A stretch of DNA of 64,000 nt from Bugula neritina (lineage: Eukaryota > Animalia > Bryozoa). Where the stretch lies: assembly GCA_964035545.1 (NCBI GenBank), contig OZ037772.1, forward strand, positions 7,610,889-7,674,888, written 5' to 3'. The notes under the pieces are model-generated. The model did not search any database and had not been told where the DNA came from. It saw only the letters and a program-made list of their open reading frames with translations. The stretch's first letter is position 1; each line of letters starts with the position of its first letter. A program made the position numbers and the translations under genes. Below are positions 15,692 through 37,851 of the stretch, piece by piece.

Positions 15692-15985
15692 TGCAAAGAC
15701 TTTTCTTTAGTTAATTTAGTACTCGTCAGTTATTAGCCTAAAACCTTTGAGCACATTTGTCAAAAGATATGGCAGGGTATGTTAGTCATAAAAGCCTTTT
15801 AGTTTCAAAATTAAATATTTTATTTTGATAAAATTCAACATAAAAAGATCTCACTTCATGTGAGCAAAATATATTTTTCAGGTCATTGTTTGCAGGTTGT
15901 TGGAAGATTTCAAGAAACATATGGTTGTCAGTCTATGCTTTTTTACTGATGGATCAGCTGATAAGATTTCTTTTTATTCAGTAAT

Positions 15986-23561
<7,576 letters not shown>

Positions 23562-25284
23562 ATTATTAGCAATTACAAACTTATAGGTGGTAAGGCAATG
23601 GAAATTTTGTTCATAGCTAACAAAACAATGAAATAATTATTACCTTGCCTTTTACCTTTGGTTTCACACTAGAAGCTAATTATTTTACGATGGGTTATGA
23701 TAATTATAGTCATAAACAGTTTTATTTTGTTTTGTTTTTATTTCTCTTTTCAGCACCTTTATAATATAATTATTATTTTTATTGTAATTCTTCAAGTACA
23801 ATCTCACTACTATGTTATCTTGCATGTTTTTAGTTGCACAGTACTGTATACATAAGAGAGTTGAGTATAAATGATTGATGTGAAGACAACTGAACAAAAT
23901 ATGTAATTTTAATTCATTTTGCAACTTCAAATTTTCAGTAAATGAATTCTGAAATGAACACTATTATGAACATCAAGTTTGATACTGTTGTTAAGTTGAT
24001 AAACTATTAAATTTATCCAAGTTAATAAAAATTAAGTTGATCTCACTTTGTTATTGTTTGACAGGTTTTTCTTAGATTTATGTTTGGGGAATTGCATTTG
24101 AATGTAATTAATAGTCAAATGAGTATCAAAATATTATCTTTTTATTAGTTAATGTTATTTGCTTTTGTAACTGAGTAAAAACTATGAATTATAAAACTGT
24201 GAATAAGTATTATTCAGCATTTTTGGTTGCTTATATATGTTCTGTTTTTAGCATACAGCAATTCTACTATTATTAATCAAGCTGTGAACTGTGTCAATTT
24301 GCGTATGATACAAATATTGATTTTATATCTTATTGGTAATAATTAGGCCATATGTTATAATACTGAGCAATTTAGATACGAGTTACTAACCTTGAGATAT
24401 AGTATGAACAGTCTCATTCTACTAAGTCCTTTCAATTTTGATGAAGGCTTAAGTTGTAAACAATATACTAGTAAATAGTAGCATAGGCTGAGAAATGTAA
24501 TCTGTCAGCTTAGCATTGCGATTGACTCTATGTAACATCAACAATAGCAATGAGAAACAGTAATTAGTGATCTTTTTCAATTTTTTTTTCTATAAATACT
24601 AAAAATAGTAACATACTAACATAACATTATGAGATGTCTGTGCCATGTGTAATAAAAGCTTTTGCAGAAGCTAAATTGGTTTGAGAGATATTTTTTCTTG
24701 GTGCAGTTAGATTTGATGCAATAGCATCACCTACTAGGTGTATCTCACGTGATGCACTGCAAAGGCGAAAATGTGTTTTTTTTGTTTTAATATATTTGCA
24801 TCCAACTTAAAATTTCTGCATAAAATATCTTGAAACATCCAATAAAAGCAACTTGTAGGTGTTTATGCGCATATGAGTAGTTTTATGGCCATTGTATCGG
24901 TTTTGTGTCAGTGTCTGAGTGACTTAGAGTGTAATATTCGCTATCTAATAGCCAACTTGGCAACAGGTTTTCAAGTTTATTGACTCTCAAATTATACCAA
25001 TATTGATGCATAGATGAAATTATTTGCCATCACAATGTCAAAACCAATGGTCTATTCTCACAAAGAGTGTAAGTATTTGAGTCTAACTGTGTGCTCGTAT
25101 AATGCTAAAAATGCTCCTCTCTGGCTGTATGATTATGACACACTGACTTGTGCAGTGCAGTGAATTATAGCACTAGCTCTGCCAGCTAATAATAGCTTTT
25201 GGTAAATTCGTTAAAGCAAGAAAGCTTTAATGATTGGTGGCATATCAATACATCCATCTATGTGCTGTATATGCGAATGTTTGT

Positions 25285-25442
25285 GTATGTAAGTGCGCGT
25301 GCGCGTGTACGTGTACGTGTACGTGTACGTGAACGCGTATGTGTACGTGTGCGTGTGCGCGTATGTGAACGCGTATGTGTACGTGTGCGTGTGCGTGTGC
25401 GCGTGAGTGTACGTGTATGTGTGTGTGTCTGTGTATGTGTGC
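25285..25442. repeat. Degenerate (GTGTAC/GTGTGC)n microsatellite
   Basis: Direct observation. Confidence 0.9.
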
Positions 25443-25595
25443 AGCAGCCTTTATTGTTTATCAAAAAGAAAATAACCTGTTCAAAAAACTATGGACACAT
25501 AAGGGTAATATAATTTTAAAACACAACAAATAAAACTTCACCTTTATGCGATTTATTTTCAAAATATTTAATCTAAGCTATATATAAAAATATAA

Positions 25596-25775
25596 CTGTT
25601 TGCCTTGTAACCATGAGGTCATGGTTTCAAGCCCAGAAAAAGGTCAATGGTGATGTTAAAAAGAGTATCCAGTTATAACTGCTTCTATATGCCTCTTTTG
25701 AATAAGTTCTTTGCTCATTTTAACAAAAACCCTTTCTATCAGGGAGTTCTCACAGGGATAGCAACTATAAACTTG
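25596..25775 (+). mobile_element. SINE family 1 copy, 5'-eroded
   Basis: Contains aatggtgatgttaaaaagagtatccagttataactgc...cacagggatagcaactataaac. Confidence 0.75.
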
Positions 25776-26770
25776 CAAGAGTTTTGTTTAAATAAATGTA
25801 AGTATAGTATAGAAACAGCTGAAGTTTAGTGGTTAGTTAATGCTTATTAAGCATAGGTTCAAGGATAAGAATTTGATAAATGCTTTACAGATATGCAGGA
25901 CAGGTATTCAGGTGTATTTGCTCCTATATACCACAATGGAAAGCAAGTCCTTAGCCTATGTAAAAATACTGCTTTTATAGGAGTTAATGTTAAAGGTTAA
26001 ACACTAGAATATCAGAATAAAGTGTACATTTGTATTTTAAATTATTCTTAAAATTTCTGATAAATTATTTTCACTTTTTTAAATAGAAGCTTTAATCACA
26101 ACAATAGTATAAAATATTTCTCTGAAATATTACGTTTTTTTATATATTTATATAAGAATACTGGAATAAATATTTTTATCTCGCAATAGTAGATTGCTTT
26201 TATTATTTATTTCTACTTTTCAAAACTTCTATCAGCAATAGGAATTCACTATGAAGTTGCTATGAATAGCAAGGATTACTTTTGCAAGCTCGATATTGTA
26301 AATTTTGGTGAGTTCTTTGTTAAGACAGGCAAACTAGCATTAATCTTATAAAAAAAATTAAAAAAATGAATAATACAAATTGCTAGAATTAATAAAAGCT
26401 TTGACTAACATCTGTTACTTTTCAAAATATTTTATTTATGTTGCCAAGCTAAACTTTGATCTTGGTACCAGTATTCTCAGAGATTTTTTAAATTGATAAT
26501 TATATTATAAAGCCTTTTTTAATAAATAGCTCTCAGCATATTTTTTTATTTATACATAGTTATGTCTGTTTTGATTTAACTAAAGCTACAAAAGCGACTT
26601 AATCCTGAATGGATTATTCAATCATTTTATCATGCAATGTCAAAACTTATGAATTACGAAGAAAAATCACATTAAAAATATTTTATTTGTAGCTTTCTAT
26701 ACTCCTAATTTGGCTACAAGTATTATATTTTTTGTTTCAGACCAGCAAGCCATAAATAAGTCTACTGACA

Positions 26771-29700
26771 ATGCGACCTCTTCTGTTTATGGTCTGTGCA
26801 AGTATACTTTGTGTTTTCATATTTTAGACTTACTATAATTAGGAATGCAATATTTAATGTATGTAAGCCGATAAATCTCACTCATGTGTATTTCCAAATT
26901 TTCTAATTTTTATTTTATGGAGTAAAAATTGCATACTTGGTTTATGTCTACAGATATTACTGGAGCTAAAGTGCACCGATGCCAGAGTGATTATCAGAAA
27001 ACAGGTTGGAAAGTAAGAAAATATCTCTACATTATAAAATGTGCTCTATAGCTTTTCATCATGATTGAGTAAGCTGTTGAAATAGATTGACTGCAAAACA
27101 TTTAGTAGACGACTTCACAAATTTCACTTTACCGTTACCTTCAAGCATGTAACCTCTTTATACCTTCATTATCTCTTGATTCATATAGTAAAATAAAACC
27201 CGTCCTTGTTCATTTTTTGCTAACAATGATATATCATATTTGTGGCTATTGCATCATTCGAAAATCATATTTATACAAGTAGGGCAGTTGGAACTTATTT
27301 CTACTGTTGACAGCTTGCAGTTTTTTTATACATTGATTTGTAAAATTCTAACTTTCAGCCATATAAAAACTTATATAGTGAATTTAAACTTGAAATTACC
27401 TGCATCTCATAATAGTGTGAGAGCAGAATTTTCACAAGTAAACAAAGGGTAAATAAAGCATATAAACAATGAAGTTACATCAAAATAAAACATATAACAT
27501 CTAGGACTCTTTTTAAAGCCTTGAAATGCAGATAAGCCCGTATGACAAAACTAAAGTGCATAAATAAACTTTAAATATATATTTATATAAATTAAATGTC
27601 AACCCCCCACTGGGATTCAAACCCGGGGAAACATGTTTTTAGCCTACTTGTTTGTACAGTAGCTGCGTGTCTACTGTTGGTTTATCACCTAATATAATTG
27701 GTGTAAATATTTAGATTTTTATACATCAATCAAGAATTACCCAAAAATAAACTCAGATCAATAAACTTACCTAAAAGTTTCAATTGGATTGCAAGTGTTC
27801 CCAGTTTTAAAAATTTGAGAAAAGCAAAAACTTAGCTTTCATTTCGAAGAGTTTATTGTATCTCCATTTGTATTTTGTACCGCATGTTGAGATTTTTAGA
27901 AAATAGATATATCAAGCTAATAAAAATACAAATTAAAGACATATATTATTTAATAATGTTTACACTGTTCTTTTAGGTTTAACTTTGATAAAGGGGGGTT
28001 AACAAGCTCGGAGTCTCGCTTAGCAAATAACGCCCAACGTAAATTAGCAATTCCAGATGACTTCATCCCCGGAAATGCACTAGTTGTCATTGGATTTTCA
28101 ATTTACACTACCAATGACTTTGAAACCATGCATCTAATTGCCGGGAGCAAAACCGAGCTCGGCCACAAAAACGGAAACAGTTTCTATGCACGTTTTGGTG
28201 ACATCACAGGAATGGTGACTTCTCCCGATGATCCAAAATCGCTATGGATAGCCGATTACACAAACAACTGTTTTCGGATTTTGAATCGTCAAACCAAGCA
28301 AGTGCAGGATCTGACAGGAAACTGTGGTGACACGGCGGTGCACAATGACAAATTCGAGTTTGCCGGAGTTGGCGATCCGATTGGGCTTGTTAGTTGGGAC
28401 CGAGATAGAGTTTATTTCTATGATAATGCTCAACTCGGGATTAGATGTTTGTACAGATTAAATAAAGTGTGGTATATTGTGACTACTTATCGCTCAACTA
28501 GCCAAGTACATAACTTTGCAGGAAATTTTCAATCGGGGTACTTTTTTTTGCTGAGAGATAAAGAAATACAGCGAGTCAGCTTAGATAGGATGATATCAGA
28601 AAATATTATCGACCCTCAAGAAGAGTTTGACGACGGTCCGTTATCTAAAGCCGGGATTAAGAAACCTGTTCACATGATCTTTCTGGAGCCTGAAGCTCTT
28701 CTTATAGCCGACCAAGGCTACCATAACTTGAGAATTATAAATTTAGAAACGTCAAAGATCTCCTCCGTTTGCCTACCGCAGGAGTCTGACTCGACTCTTG
28801 TTACCGTCTTTGGTCCTATCAATAGCTGTAAACTAGAATACCCGGCCTTCATTTTCAAGGATGAAGTCAATAAAGTGATTAGAGTACTTGGATATATCCA
28901 ATCATATACACTCAGATATGGTGAGAACCCATCACAAATTTTATGACCTAAATTTTATTTTTGGATGTTGTTATTCTTGTCTTTTTGTTTTGGCATTAGT
29001 TTGGGCAAGGAAGTTCATGAAAAATAAAGTGACCATCAGTAAATACCAGCATAAAAATTTAATTTTAATTAAACAACACATAACTTTTTTAGAAAGTTTT
29101 TCAGTGGAGAGCGCAATATTTGTCAATTCTTATAGAGCTTAGGCTTTTTAATGAATTTGTTTGATGTTAATCAGTATAATTCACCAAACTGAATTTGTAA
29201 CAATTTTGTGTTTTACATTGTATATACATTGAAAAATATATTTTGCAGAAATTACAACTGAAACTGCTTCAAGTGCTACGGAAGCTCTGCCCTTTCCAGA
29301 AGATGAGGAGGCTCCGAACAGAAGGGTGTTATCTACTGCTGAAATTTTTGGAGTTGCAATTTTGCTTTTGTTAGCTGTTCTTGGAATGGTGGTAGCCATT
29401 TTGATATACAATGGTATGTTAACTTTATAATTTGTTATACTTGTTTCACTGGTTTACTGCATATATACATACATGCAAACACACACACGCAAGCACGCAC
29501 GCACGCACACACGCACACACGCACACACGCACACACGCACACACGCACACACGCACACACGCACACACACACATACATTAAATGATGTTGTTTCATACAA
29601 AAATAAAAACTGAAGGTTTATCTAATGCAAGTCCTAATACAAAACTTATTTTTATATTTTTGAAAGTAAGTAAAGTTCTTCTAGATAGTAAATTGTCTGT

Positions 29701-32700
29701 CGGATTACATATAGTGCACCTTTCTCAGGTATATTCAGAAAGAGATTTGATGTCATCAGAAACAGAAGTATCAGACACAGTTTTCAAGCAGCATACGCCA
29801 CAATTCAGGTGAAATAGACTAGTTGATTACAACATCTGGTAATACGAGTATCAACCAACTGTTGTCTTTCAATCCAATAAACTCCTGAGTTTTTAGACTA
29901 CCATGTTACTGACTGTGCTGAAACTGAGATTTATGCTTCCTACACACAAGAGCACATCTGATTAAGTGTTCTTTTATTACGTCACCAATGTCCAGTACTT
30001 AAACCAATACACGGCATTTCATGCATGGTTAATCTTGTTTACAGAAACTGCCTAAAAATAAGTAGGGTAATTAATAACATTCAATTAAAATTTCAAAAGA
30101 CGTTTCGTTGAATCTATTTTTTACAAGTATTAAATCTAGAATTTCATTTTATGATGAAAATGAAAATCATTAGTTTAATAGGAACTGTAGAAAAAGTATG
30201 GGGTGTCACTTATAAACTAAGATTAATGAGGCCAATTCACTAATAGCAAAGCTAATAGAAAGGCATGCTTGAAATAGTCAACAACTGATCAGGTTTTTGG
30301 CATTCCCCAACAAGAAGACACTACTTTACACTTGCCCCAAGTGCTCTGAAATTAGACAAAATCTTGAAATCAGGTTGTAGCTTGTTCAATAGTGTAGTTG
30401 CCTGACAAATTGTACTCTGTTAACGAACATAAATACAAAACAAAAAGCAGAAAGACTTGATCATGGGAAGCATGTAATATAAAAACTTGAGGAAATAACC
30501 TTTGGATTTTGTTTCATCACTAAGGCTAATAAGCATTTTATAAAATTTTGGTTTGCAAAAGCTTTCTATTTACAAAATATAAGCGTTTTTAAAATAGGGC
30601 TTGTGTGAGGAAAATAATCTTTCATACACTGCGCAAGTTAATTTTGTAGCAGTGAAATGTTTTCAGAAGTATATCATAAGAATATAATATGGTAATTGTA
30701 TTATATTTCCAACATTGGCAGTGTTAGGGCTTGGCCAGAAACCTTGTGTTTGCAAATTCAGTGCTCTGATCTCTACACCACTGCTGCTCTCTTTAAATAA
30801 TTTCCTGTGTTATGTTTCTATAGAAAATTAGAGATCCTACTAGAAAAAAACAGGGTACACCCACAAATGACAGTGAAGCTGAGCTAGCAGCTAAGAAAAT
30901 ATTTGAGTCTATGAAAAAGGTGAGGAGATATCTGTCTTATGACATATTTCAGCTTGAGCTTCGACCTTTTTGTATATCTGCACATACAACTATGTTGGAC
31001 ATTCTTTTTTGAAACGTTATTAGAGTAAACCAACAGACTATAGAGAAGCAGTACCAGTACCTAAAAAGAAAATTCAATCCAACACTTCGATAAAAAAGGT
31101 AAAAAATATTTGGAGAATAGATTTGATCCTTAAAGCTTTCATATCTGTACAATAAGTATGTTAGACACTATTTTTTAAAAATTTTCCAGAGTAAACAAAC
31201 AATTGACAGTAAAATTGTACCAGTACCTAAAAAAAAATTTCGATCAGACACTTCAATAAAAAAGGTAAAAAATATTTGGAAATACATTAATTAAGTTGAT
31301 TTTTAAACATTTCATATTTGTACATAAAACTATGCTACACACTCCTTTTTTCAACTTTCACAGAGAGCACAGCCAATGGACAGTGAGGCAGCACTAGCAC
31401 CTAAAAAAAAAATTCGACCAAGCGTATCAAAGAAGAAGGTGAGAAGTCTTTGAATTCTAAATTTATTAAACTATAATGATTTAGCCTTGCATAACAGTAC
31501 AAATAACAATATATTGAACATGATTTTTGTGTTTCGTCTGTGTGTAACTAAACAATTGACTGAGCATTTGCACCCGCATATAAAGACAAAGCCCTATCTA
31601 ACAGTTTATTGAAAAAATCAAAAAGATATTTGTATTATTGACTTTAATTAACATGGTGCTTTTACTTTTTATATTTGCTATGTTGGACACTAATTTTTTT
31701 GTTAGACTATATTAACAAATGACAGTGAGGCAGCACCATTAGCCGAGAACAGAATCCGGCCAAGCATTTCAAGGAAAATGTAAAATATTTTTGAATTATG
31801 AAATATTCAAGCTGATGCTTTAACATTTTTTTGAGCTTTATTTTCTATTTCTCCAGAGTAAACCAACGAGTGAAAGTGAAACCACGCCAGTAGCTAAAAA
31901 GAAGGTGCGACCGAGTGTGTCAAAAAAAGAGGTACAAGATTTTTGTAATACAAACTAATTAAGTCCATTATTTATATCTTTTATACCTATATGTAAAATA
32001 AATAAGTTAGACACGTTTTTAAAATTTTTCCAGAGTGCACTAACAAGTGAAAGTGAAACTGTGCCAGCAACTAGAAAGAAGGTTCGACCAAGTGTGCCAA
32101 AAAAAGAGGTAATATATTGTTTGTAAAGTAAATAAATTAGGCTAATGCCTCGAACTAACAGACATGTAAATTTATAAAACTCTAACGAACATTACTTTTG
32201 TTTTTTATTAGAGGATAACAAAAAGTGACACTGAAACCACACCAGCAACTGAGACGAAAGGTAGACCGAGTATGTCAATGAGAAAGGTAACATATCTCTG
32301 CTTTGCAAATCAGTCAAGCTAAATGACGTTTTAACTTTTACATCCAAATATAAAACTTTGTTGGATATTTTTTAGTAACCTTTAGTCTAGTTTATATATC
32401 AACAATAGCTACTTTTACCAGCAGTTGTTTAGACTCACACATGTTGCACCAAACCTATCAAATATTTGTTGTGAATGAAAAATAGATATCTGCTTATTTA
32501 AGTTCATTTATAATTTTACTTGTTCTTTATAAAAATATGTCTTTTTGTCTCAAAATTGAATTATAAGAAAAACTCTGTAGTAAAATAGAAAATCTGTCAA
32601 TAATGAGATAACTGTTATCTAATTGCAATCTAAACAGAAATCTGGCAGAGAAAGAAAGGCCAGTAAACTGTCAGTTCAATCCACCAGCTCTAAGAGAAAA

Positions 32701-32769
32701 AGTCTCAAAAGTGCATCACGGAAGGAAAGATCATCTTCAAAAACTAGTAAAGAAGGGCTGAAAGTTTGA
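26771..32769 (+). CDS. G5: NHL-like propeller / short stalk / TM receptor with repeat-exon tail; exons 26771-26797, 26954-27012, 27977-28920, 29249-29413, 29729-29808, 30824-30919, six intact 75-nt exons between 31024 and 32286, 32638-32769
   Basis: Signal peptide MRPLLFMVC+[10 protein letters not shown]. Propeller has [20 protein letters not shown] and [15 protein letters not shown] is [22 protein letters not shown]. Tail includes FQAAYATIQ and ends SKEGLKV*. All phases are compatible. Confidence 0.88.
30715..30791 (-). mobile_element. SINE family 1 head fragment
   Basis: Reverse complement gagagcagcagtggtgtagagatcagagc...ccaatgttggaa matches the family 5' end. Confidence 0.55.
31024..32286 (+). 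repeat. Tandem array of seven homologous 75-nt phase 0-0 exon units (31024-31098, 31190-31264, 31364-31438, 31706-31779 defective, 31857-31931, 32034-32108, 32212-32286)
   Basis: Each is AG/GT-flanked and encodes a 25-aa unit such as [25 protein letters not shown]. Flanking intron sequence is also partly repeated. Confidence 0.88.
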
Positions 32770-33793
32770 ATCAGTAAAAGACATTTTGTTGTTGTAGTTT
32801 GTTTTATTAAACTCAAATGTACTAAAAATTATCAGTAAAAATCAACCAAACAAGAGCGGATATGATGTATATATGGCTTAAGATATTGTATTTTTTGGTA
32901 GTATTATCCTGAAATATAATATGATAAAATTATAGTCGAAAACAAAACTATTTCTTTTAAAGTGGGAAATTTTCAACCTTAGAAAGCAAACTTTTGTACC
33001 AGAAAAATTTACAAACCTAAATTAGGTGTTGTTTCACTGTGCAAGGCTACAGCTTTAATGGACAGGTAAAAAGGGTTAAAACATTGTATTTATATTAGTC
33101 TCATTTTACATAGGAAATTTAAATATAATGTCTAACAAACGCACAAATTGAAAATTTTAAAATCTCTTGATTTTTTGCAGTCAAAGTAATTGTATTTGAG
33201 AAACGTTAACATACAATATAAAATTTTTATGCATAATGGAAAGTTTAAAGATTATTCTTCAAACATATTTTATTTTGCACATCAAAAATTGTAAATTATT
33301 GTAAGTACTAAAAAGTTTTTATCATCAACTATTAAATACCCTCAATTTGTTTAATATATTTTTGTGTCGATGACCTAGCAAAATTTTTTATAAAACTAGC
33401 TGCCGTTGATAACAAATACAATATAACAGAACAAGAAAATAAAGGATGTTTAATACTAAATACAATCGCAAATATTTCTCTATGTCTATAGCTTTACCTA
33501 ATACTGTATATTTAAAGTTAATAAAGCAACCAAAGTCTTGCTTTCCAATTCTATATTCTGTAACATCTACTGATGGTTTTTGCATGTACAAATTTGTTAT
33601 CTATTTAAAATAAGTTCAACATAAAGATAGCATTGAAAATGTATTGCAATAGTTAAATGATATGTTACAAACTCCTTAATATATAATAATTCTATTAAAG
33701 TAGAGGGTCATGTTGAGTGTTCTGCTCTGGTGCTTTAGGTATTTCAGTATTTTTTGGATCAGCTATAGGAAGTACTTGTATCTGGAAAAAATT

Positions 33794-33979
<186 letters not shown>

Positions 33980-34043
33980 AGCTATGGGTCATTGCAATCA
34001 TTGCAAGCATTTTATACTTTAAAGAAACTACGAAAATCTGTAC

Positions 34044-36578
34044 CTTATTATCTAGGTTGTCATGACTAGGCTCTCTACTGTCTGTCAATTTCTTATAGGC
34101 ACCCAGTGCACATTTGTAATATGCTGAATAATATATATGAACATAGCATATATAGTAAAGTGTAATTAGCACTGGACATAATGAAATTGATAGCACTTTA
34201 TTCAAACACAAGTAGGTTGAAACCGATTTTGTCTTTTTAATTTACTAAAACAATAACACTATTAGTTTAGTCAAAAGGAAATAATTATGCATAATATATA
34301 AAATATATGTGCAGAATATGGATGTTAAGTACAAAATATATATCACTATTTCTTAACCAAATCCTACGTAAATTATCCAATTAGTTAGTTTAATTTTGCT
34401 AGCGTAAAAACACTATTTTAATGGTAGAACGATATTTCTGAAATATTTCCAACTCTTTGAATCCAGCTGCTTGTTAATTTAGTTTTCATTTCTATTAATC
34501 AGTTACTTTACTGTAAGTATTCAAAAGTTATATTTGAGCGAACAATAAACTACATTTGTGCAACTCGTCATTAGAATTATAGATATTTGAATGTTAATAG
34601 AGAGTCTAACCTTGTTGAGTATTGAGTTTTGATGACACGATTGTAAAGCAAATCATAAGCATCGCAATCATGTTTGCCAAAATAAAGAGATATAATAAGT
34701 CTTCAATGTTTATCCTGAATACTGTTTTTACAGGAGTCTCCATTTCAGTAGAGGTCATATTAATGACTCTAGTCAGCGAGACTGTAGAGGTTTTGGTTGT
34801 CGTTGGTGATGGTGTTGTGGTAGTAGTTGTAGTAGTTGTAGTTGTTGTTGTGGGAGTAGTTGGCGTTGTTGTTGTGGTAGTTGTTGTAGTGGGAGTAGTT
34901 GTAGTTTTAGGAGATGCTGTAATTAAATAAAATATGATATTTTTGCTGCTCATGTACCGTGAAATGATGCAAATAGCCTAAAAAACACACTTTCAAGATA
35001 TTCTGAAAGACTTCAATCGAATGTTAAAGTAAAGCAAACATGTAACACTAGTATTGTGACAAACATATTTTAAGTATTTATGTAATGTTTCAATCGGAAC
35101 TTGGCTTAAAGCAGTTAAATTTTAAAAAAAGCAGTATAAAATTAGCTATTTATTAACAACTAGTGATAGAATCGACAAACTACTCCCCTCTAGTTGGTTG
35201 CAAATAGATTGTAAAGGTTTTAAAAATTGTTCAAAGCTATTTTGTTATATTCCATGATTTGATTTATATGCATTCTTAAAAACTACATTTAGTGGTTAAT
35301 TAGCCAATATCATAGAGAAATGAATTGAAAACAATATCAACTAGATAATTTTGGTTTACTCACGGTCGTAGAACAACTGGTAATAGCGTCGCTGTCCAAG
35401 CACCCACACATAAGAATATTTGGATTTGTCCAAAAAATATATAGGGTTTTGTATGCGACAATGATTAACGTTACCATTAACGATCACTGGCTTGGATGTC
35501 TGAGGAATGCATATTGTACTAACGAGCGACGAATAGAGGTCTACCACTCTTATTACGTTATTCCCCCTGTCGACTACCATGAACAAATCATTACTTAGAA
35601 ACATCATATACCCGAGCTCTTTTGTTTTAGCTTCTGCGATTGGCCCATCATGATGTCCATTTTTAGATTCTAAAAATAGTGTTTCACCATCTTCATTTAT
35701 TCGTGACACGCCTGCTGAATGAGTCATGTATACATACTTCTTGAGTGGATCCAGAGCAATGTATTTGGCAACTCTGTTGGCTATGTAAATTGTCTCCACC
35801 ACCCACTTGCCGTGCAATTTACGTATTCGTCGCACACTTGGCTCTTTATTTTCAAAAAAGAGCACATTGTCTCGTGCGTAGTATAGCAATCCTATTGGCT
35901 CTCCAATCCCAGCCACACTAAAGTTCCGGTCTTTGACAAAAGATTTTGTGCATTTGCCGACAAGCTCTGCCGATTGGAGACTTTTTCGATTTACATGACG
36001 GATACAACCATTAGTGTGATCTGCTATCCACACCACGTTTTTATTTTCAGGAAATAAAAGTACTCCGGTGATGACTCCGTATCTAGAATACGCACCCTTA
36101 GCTTCTTTATATCCACTATGCCCTATAGTCCCAGCGATAGTCCAGTAAAATTGAGCTCTCTCAACAGTTAGTAATGAGTATCCAAACACAACCAGGAAAT
36201 CTCTTTTGTAATAATTATCAAAATTCATATATCGTAAAACTGAATTCCTGTTTTCATAGATTCTACGCATAGGTAAGGTGTTCACTACTAAACGTTTGAA
36301 TCTCCAACTGAAAAGAAGAAAATCCAAATATTTCAACTTGCAATACATATACTAGCTATACTAAACAGGACTTTTGCAAAGTTTCTTCAACTGTGAAAAC
36401 TTATTTGGCATTTGAAATGATAAAACCATCAGTTGCAATGTACAAATTAGTTGAATTGAAAACTTCCTGTTTTCAGCTTATATAAATATAATTTTGTTAG
36501 TATTAGGCATAACATTGTTATGCATACAAATTATTTGCACAATTATGCTTTAATACTCATAAGTTCCACTATATATAC

Positions 36579-36650
<72 letters not shown>

Positions 36651-36670
36651 TATATATATATATATACTAT

Positions 36671-36768
<98 letters not shown>

Positions 36769-37229
36769 TATATTGTATACTATATTGTATACTATATTGT
36801 ATACTATATTGTATACTATACACTATATATATGTGCATACCGTTGTACTAAACCAGTGGGAATTCTTTTAGCTAACAAAGTGGTAATATCAAACACAATC
36901 TACAATAAATAATACTTTTAAAAAAATGAAAGCTATTATGTACATCTTTTGCCTTTTTAAATATAATATAATTTTTACTGTCATAAAAGATAATTTATAA
37001 ACACACTATTTATAAAATAAAAGCTGTAAAATTAGTAACTCGCACTTGAGTCTACAGTGGTGCGACCTGCTACAAAAAATTATACCAAATTGATGTTATA
37101 AATTATGTAGGTATTAAACAGCAATCGCATGCAGTCACCTTGTTGTGCATATCTTGAATAATTTGTAAATTAAGAAAATGTGTAGTTGCTATAGTTACTC
37201 ACCAATAGGAGTTCAATCCGAAAGTTCAT
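34044..37229 (-). CDS. G6: NHL-like propeller / stalk / TM receptor; exons 37229-37203, 36899-36841, 36307-35364, 34916-34611, 34123-34044; 3' end unresolved (candidate next exon starts at 33600)
   Basis: Signal MNFRIELLL+[10 protein letters not shown]. Propeller ORF 35356-36348. Poly-Thr stalk. TM is [21 protein letters not shown]. Tail exon [27 protein letters not shown] ends at donor gtacag. Confidence 0.85.
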
Positions 37230-37851
37230 AGTTCATAGTTCATAGTTCGTAGCTATATGTATTTATTTACAGTTTTAATGTTTACGCTCTAGATATATAA
37301 ACTATAAGCATCTCTACACAATAGTATGTTAGGAATTCAAAGAATTAAAAACTTCTTTTCATAAGCCTAACAGTTTTTTCATGTAATGGTTATTTCTACA
37401 GTCACATAAACTACAATGTCAAGTAAAATGAATATACATTATAAAATTATAGTAGTACTCATAGGTTGCTTATTCCTTAATTTCTTTTTTGGAATGTGAA
37501 ATATTATCTTGCGCAAATTGCAATTCATTAAAATCACTCCGTTGAGTAATACCGATGCGATTGATGATAGGAATATTTAGTTTAGCAGTTAAAGCAGCCT
37601 ACTCAAAACAATAGCTTTATTAATGCTAATAGTAACAAGTTTACTCGAAAAAACTAACCATAGCATTATGTGTTATGTCAAAGCTTTTTTATAATTTTCA
37701 GAGAATATAGTAAGATATACTTGAACTTTGTCTAAACCTGAATCATAAGATTTATTTTCATATATTAGAAAATTGGTTTGTTTAACTGAATTTTATAGCA
37801 AAAAATAGTATCTAAAGTTTAGGCGCTAGCTAGAAAAACGAGTTTTAATCA

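Noticed and set aside
24600-25190. Higher-complexity stretch that looks like decayed coding sequence
   Set aside because: Stops in the frames I read and no recognisable motif. Needs BLASTx.
33388-33600. Terminal exon of G6 (ITNLYMQKPSVDVTEYRIGK...FKYTVL)
   Set aside because: Acceptor and phase are compatible, but there is no paralog support and the end is ambiguous, so it was left out of the model.
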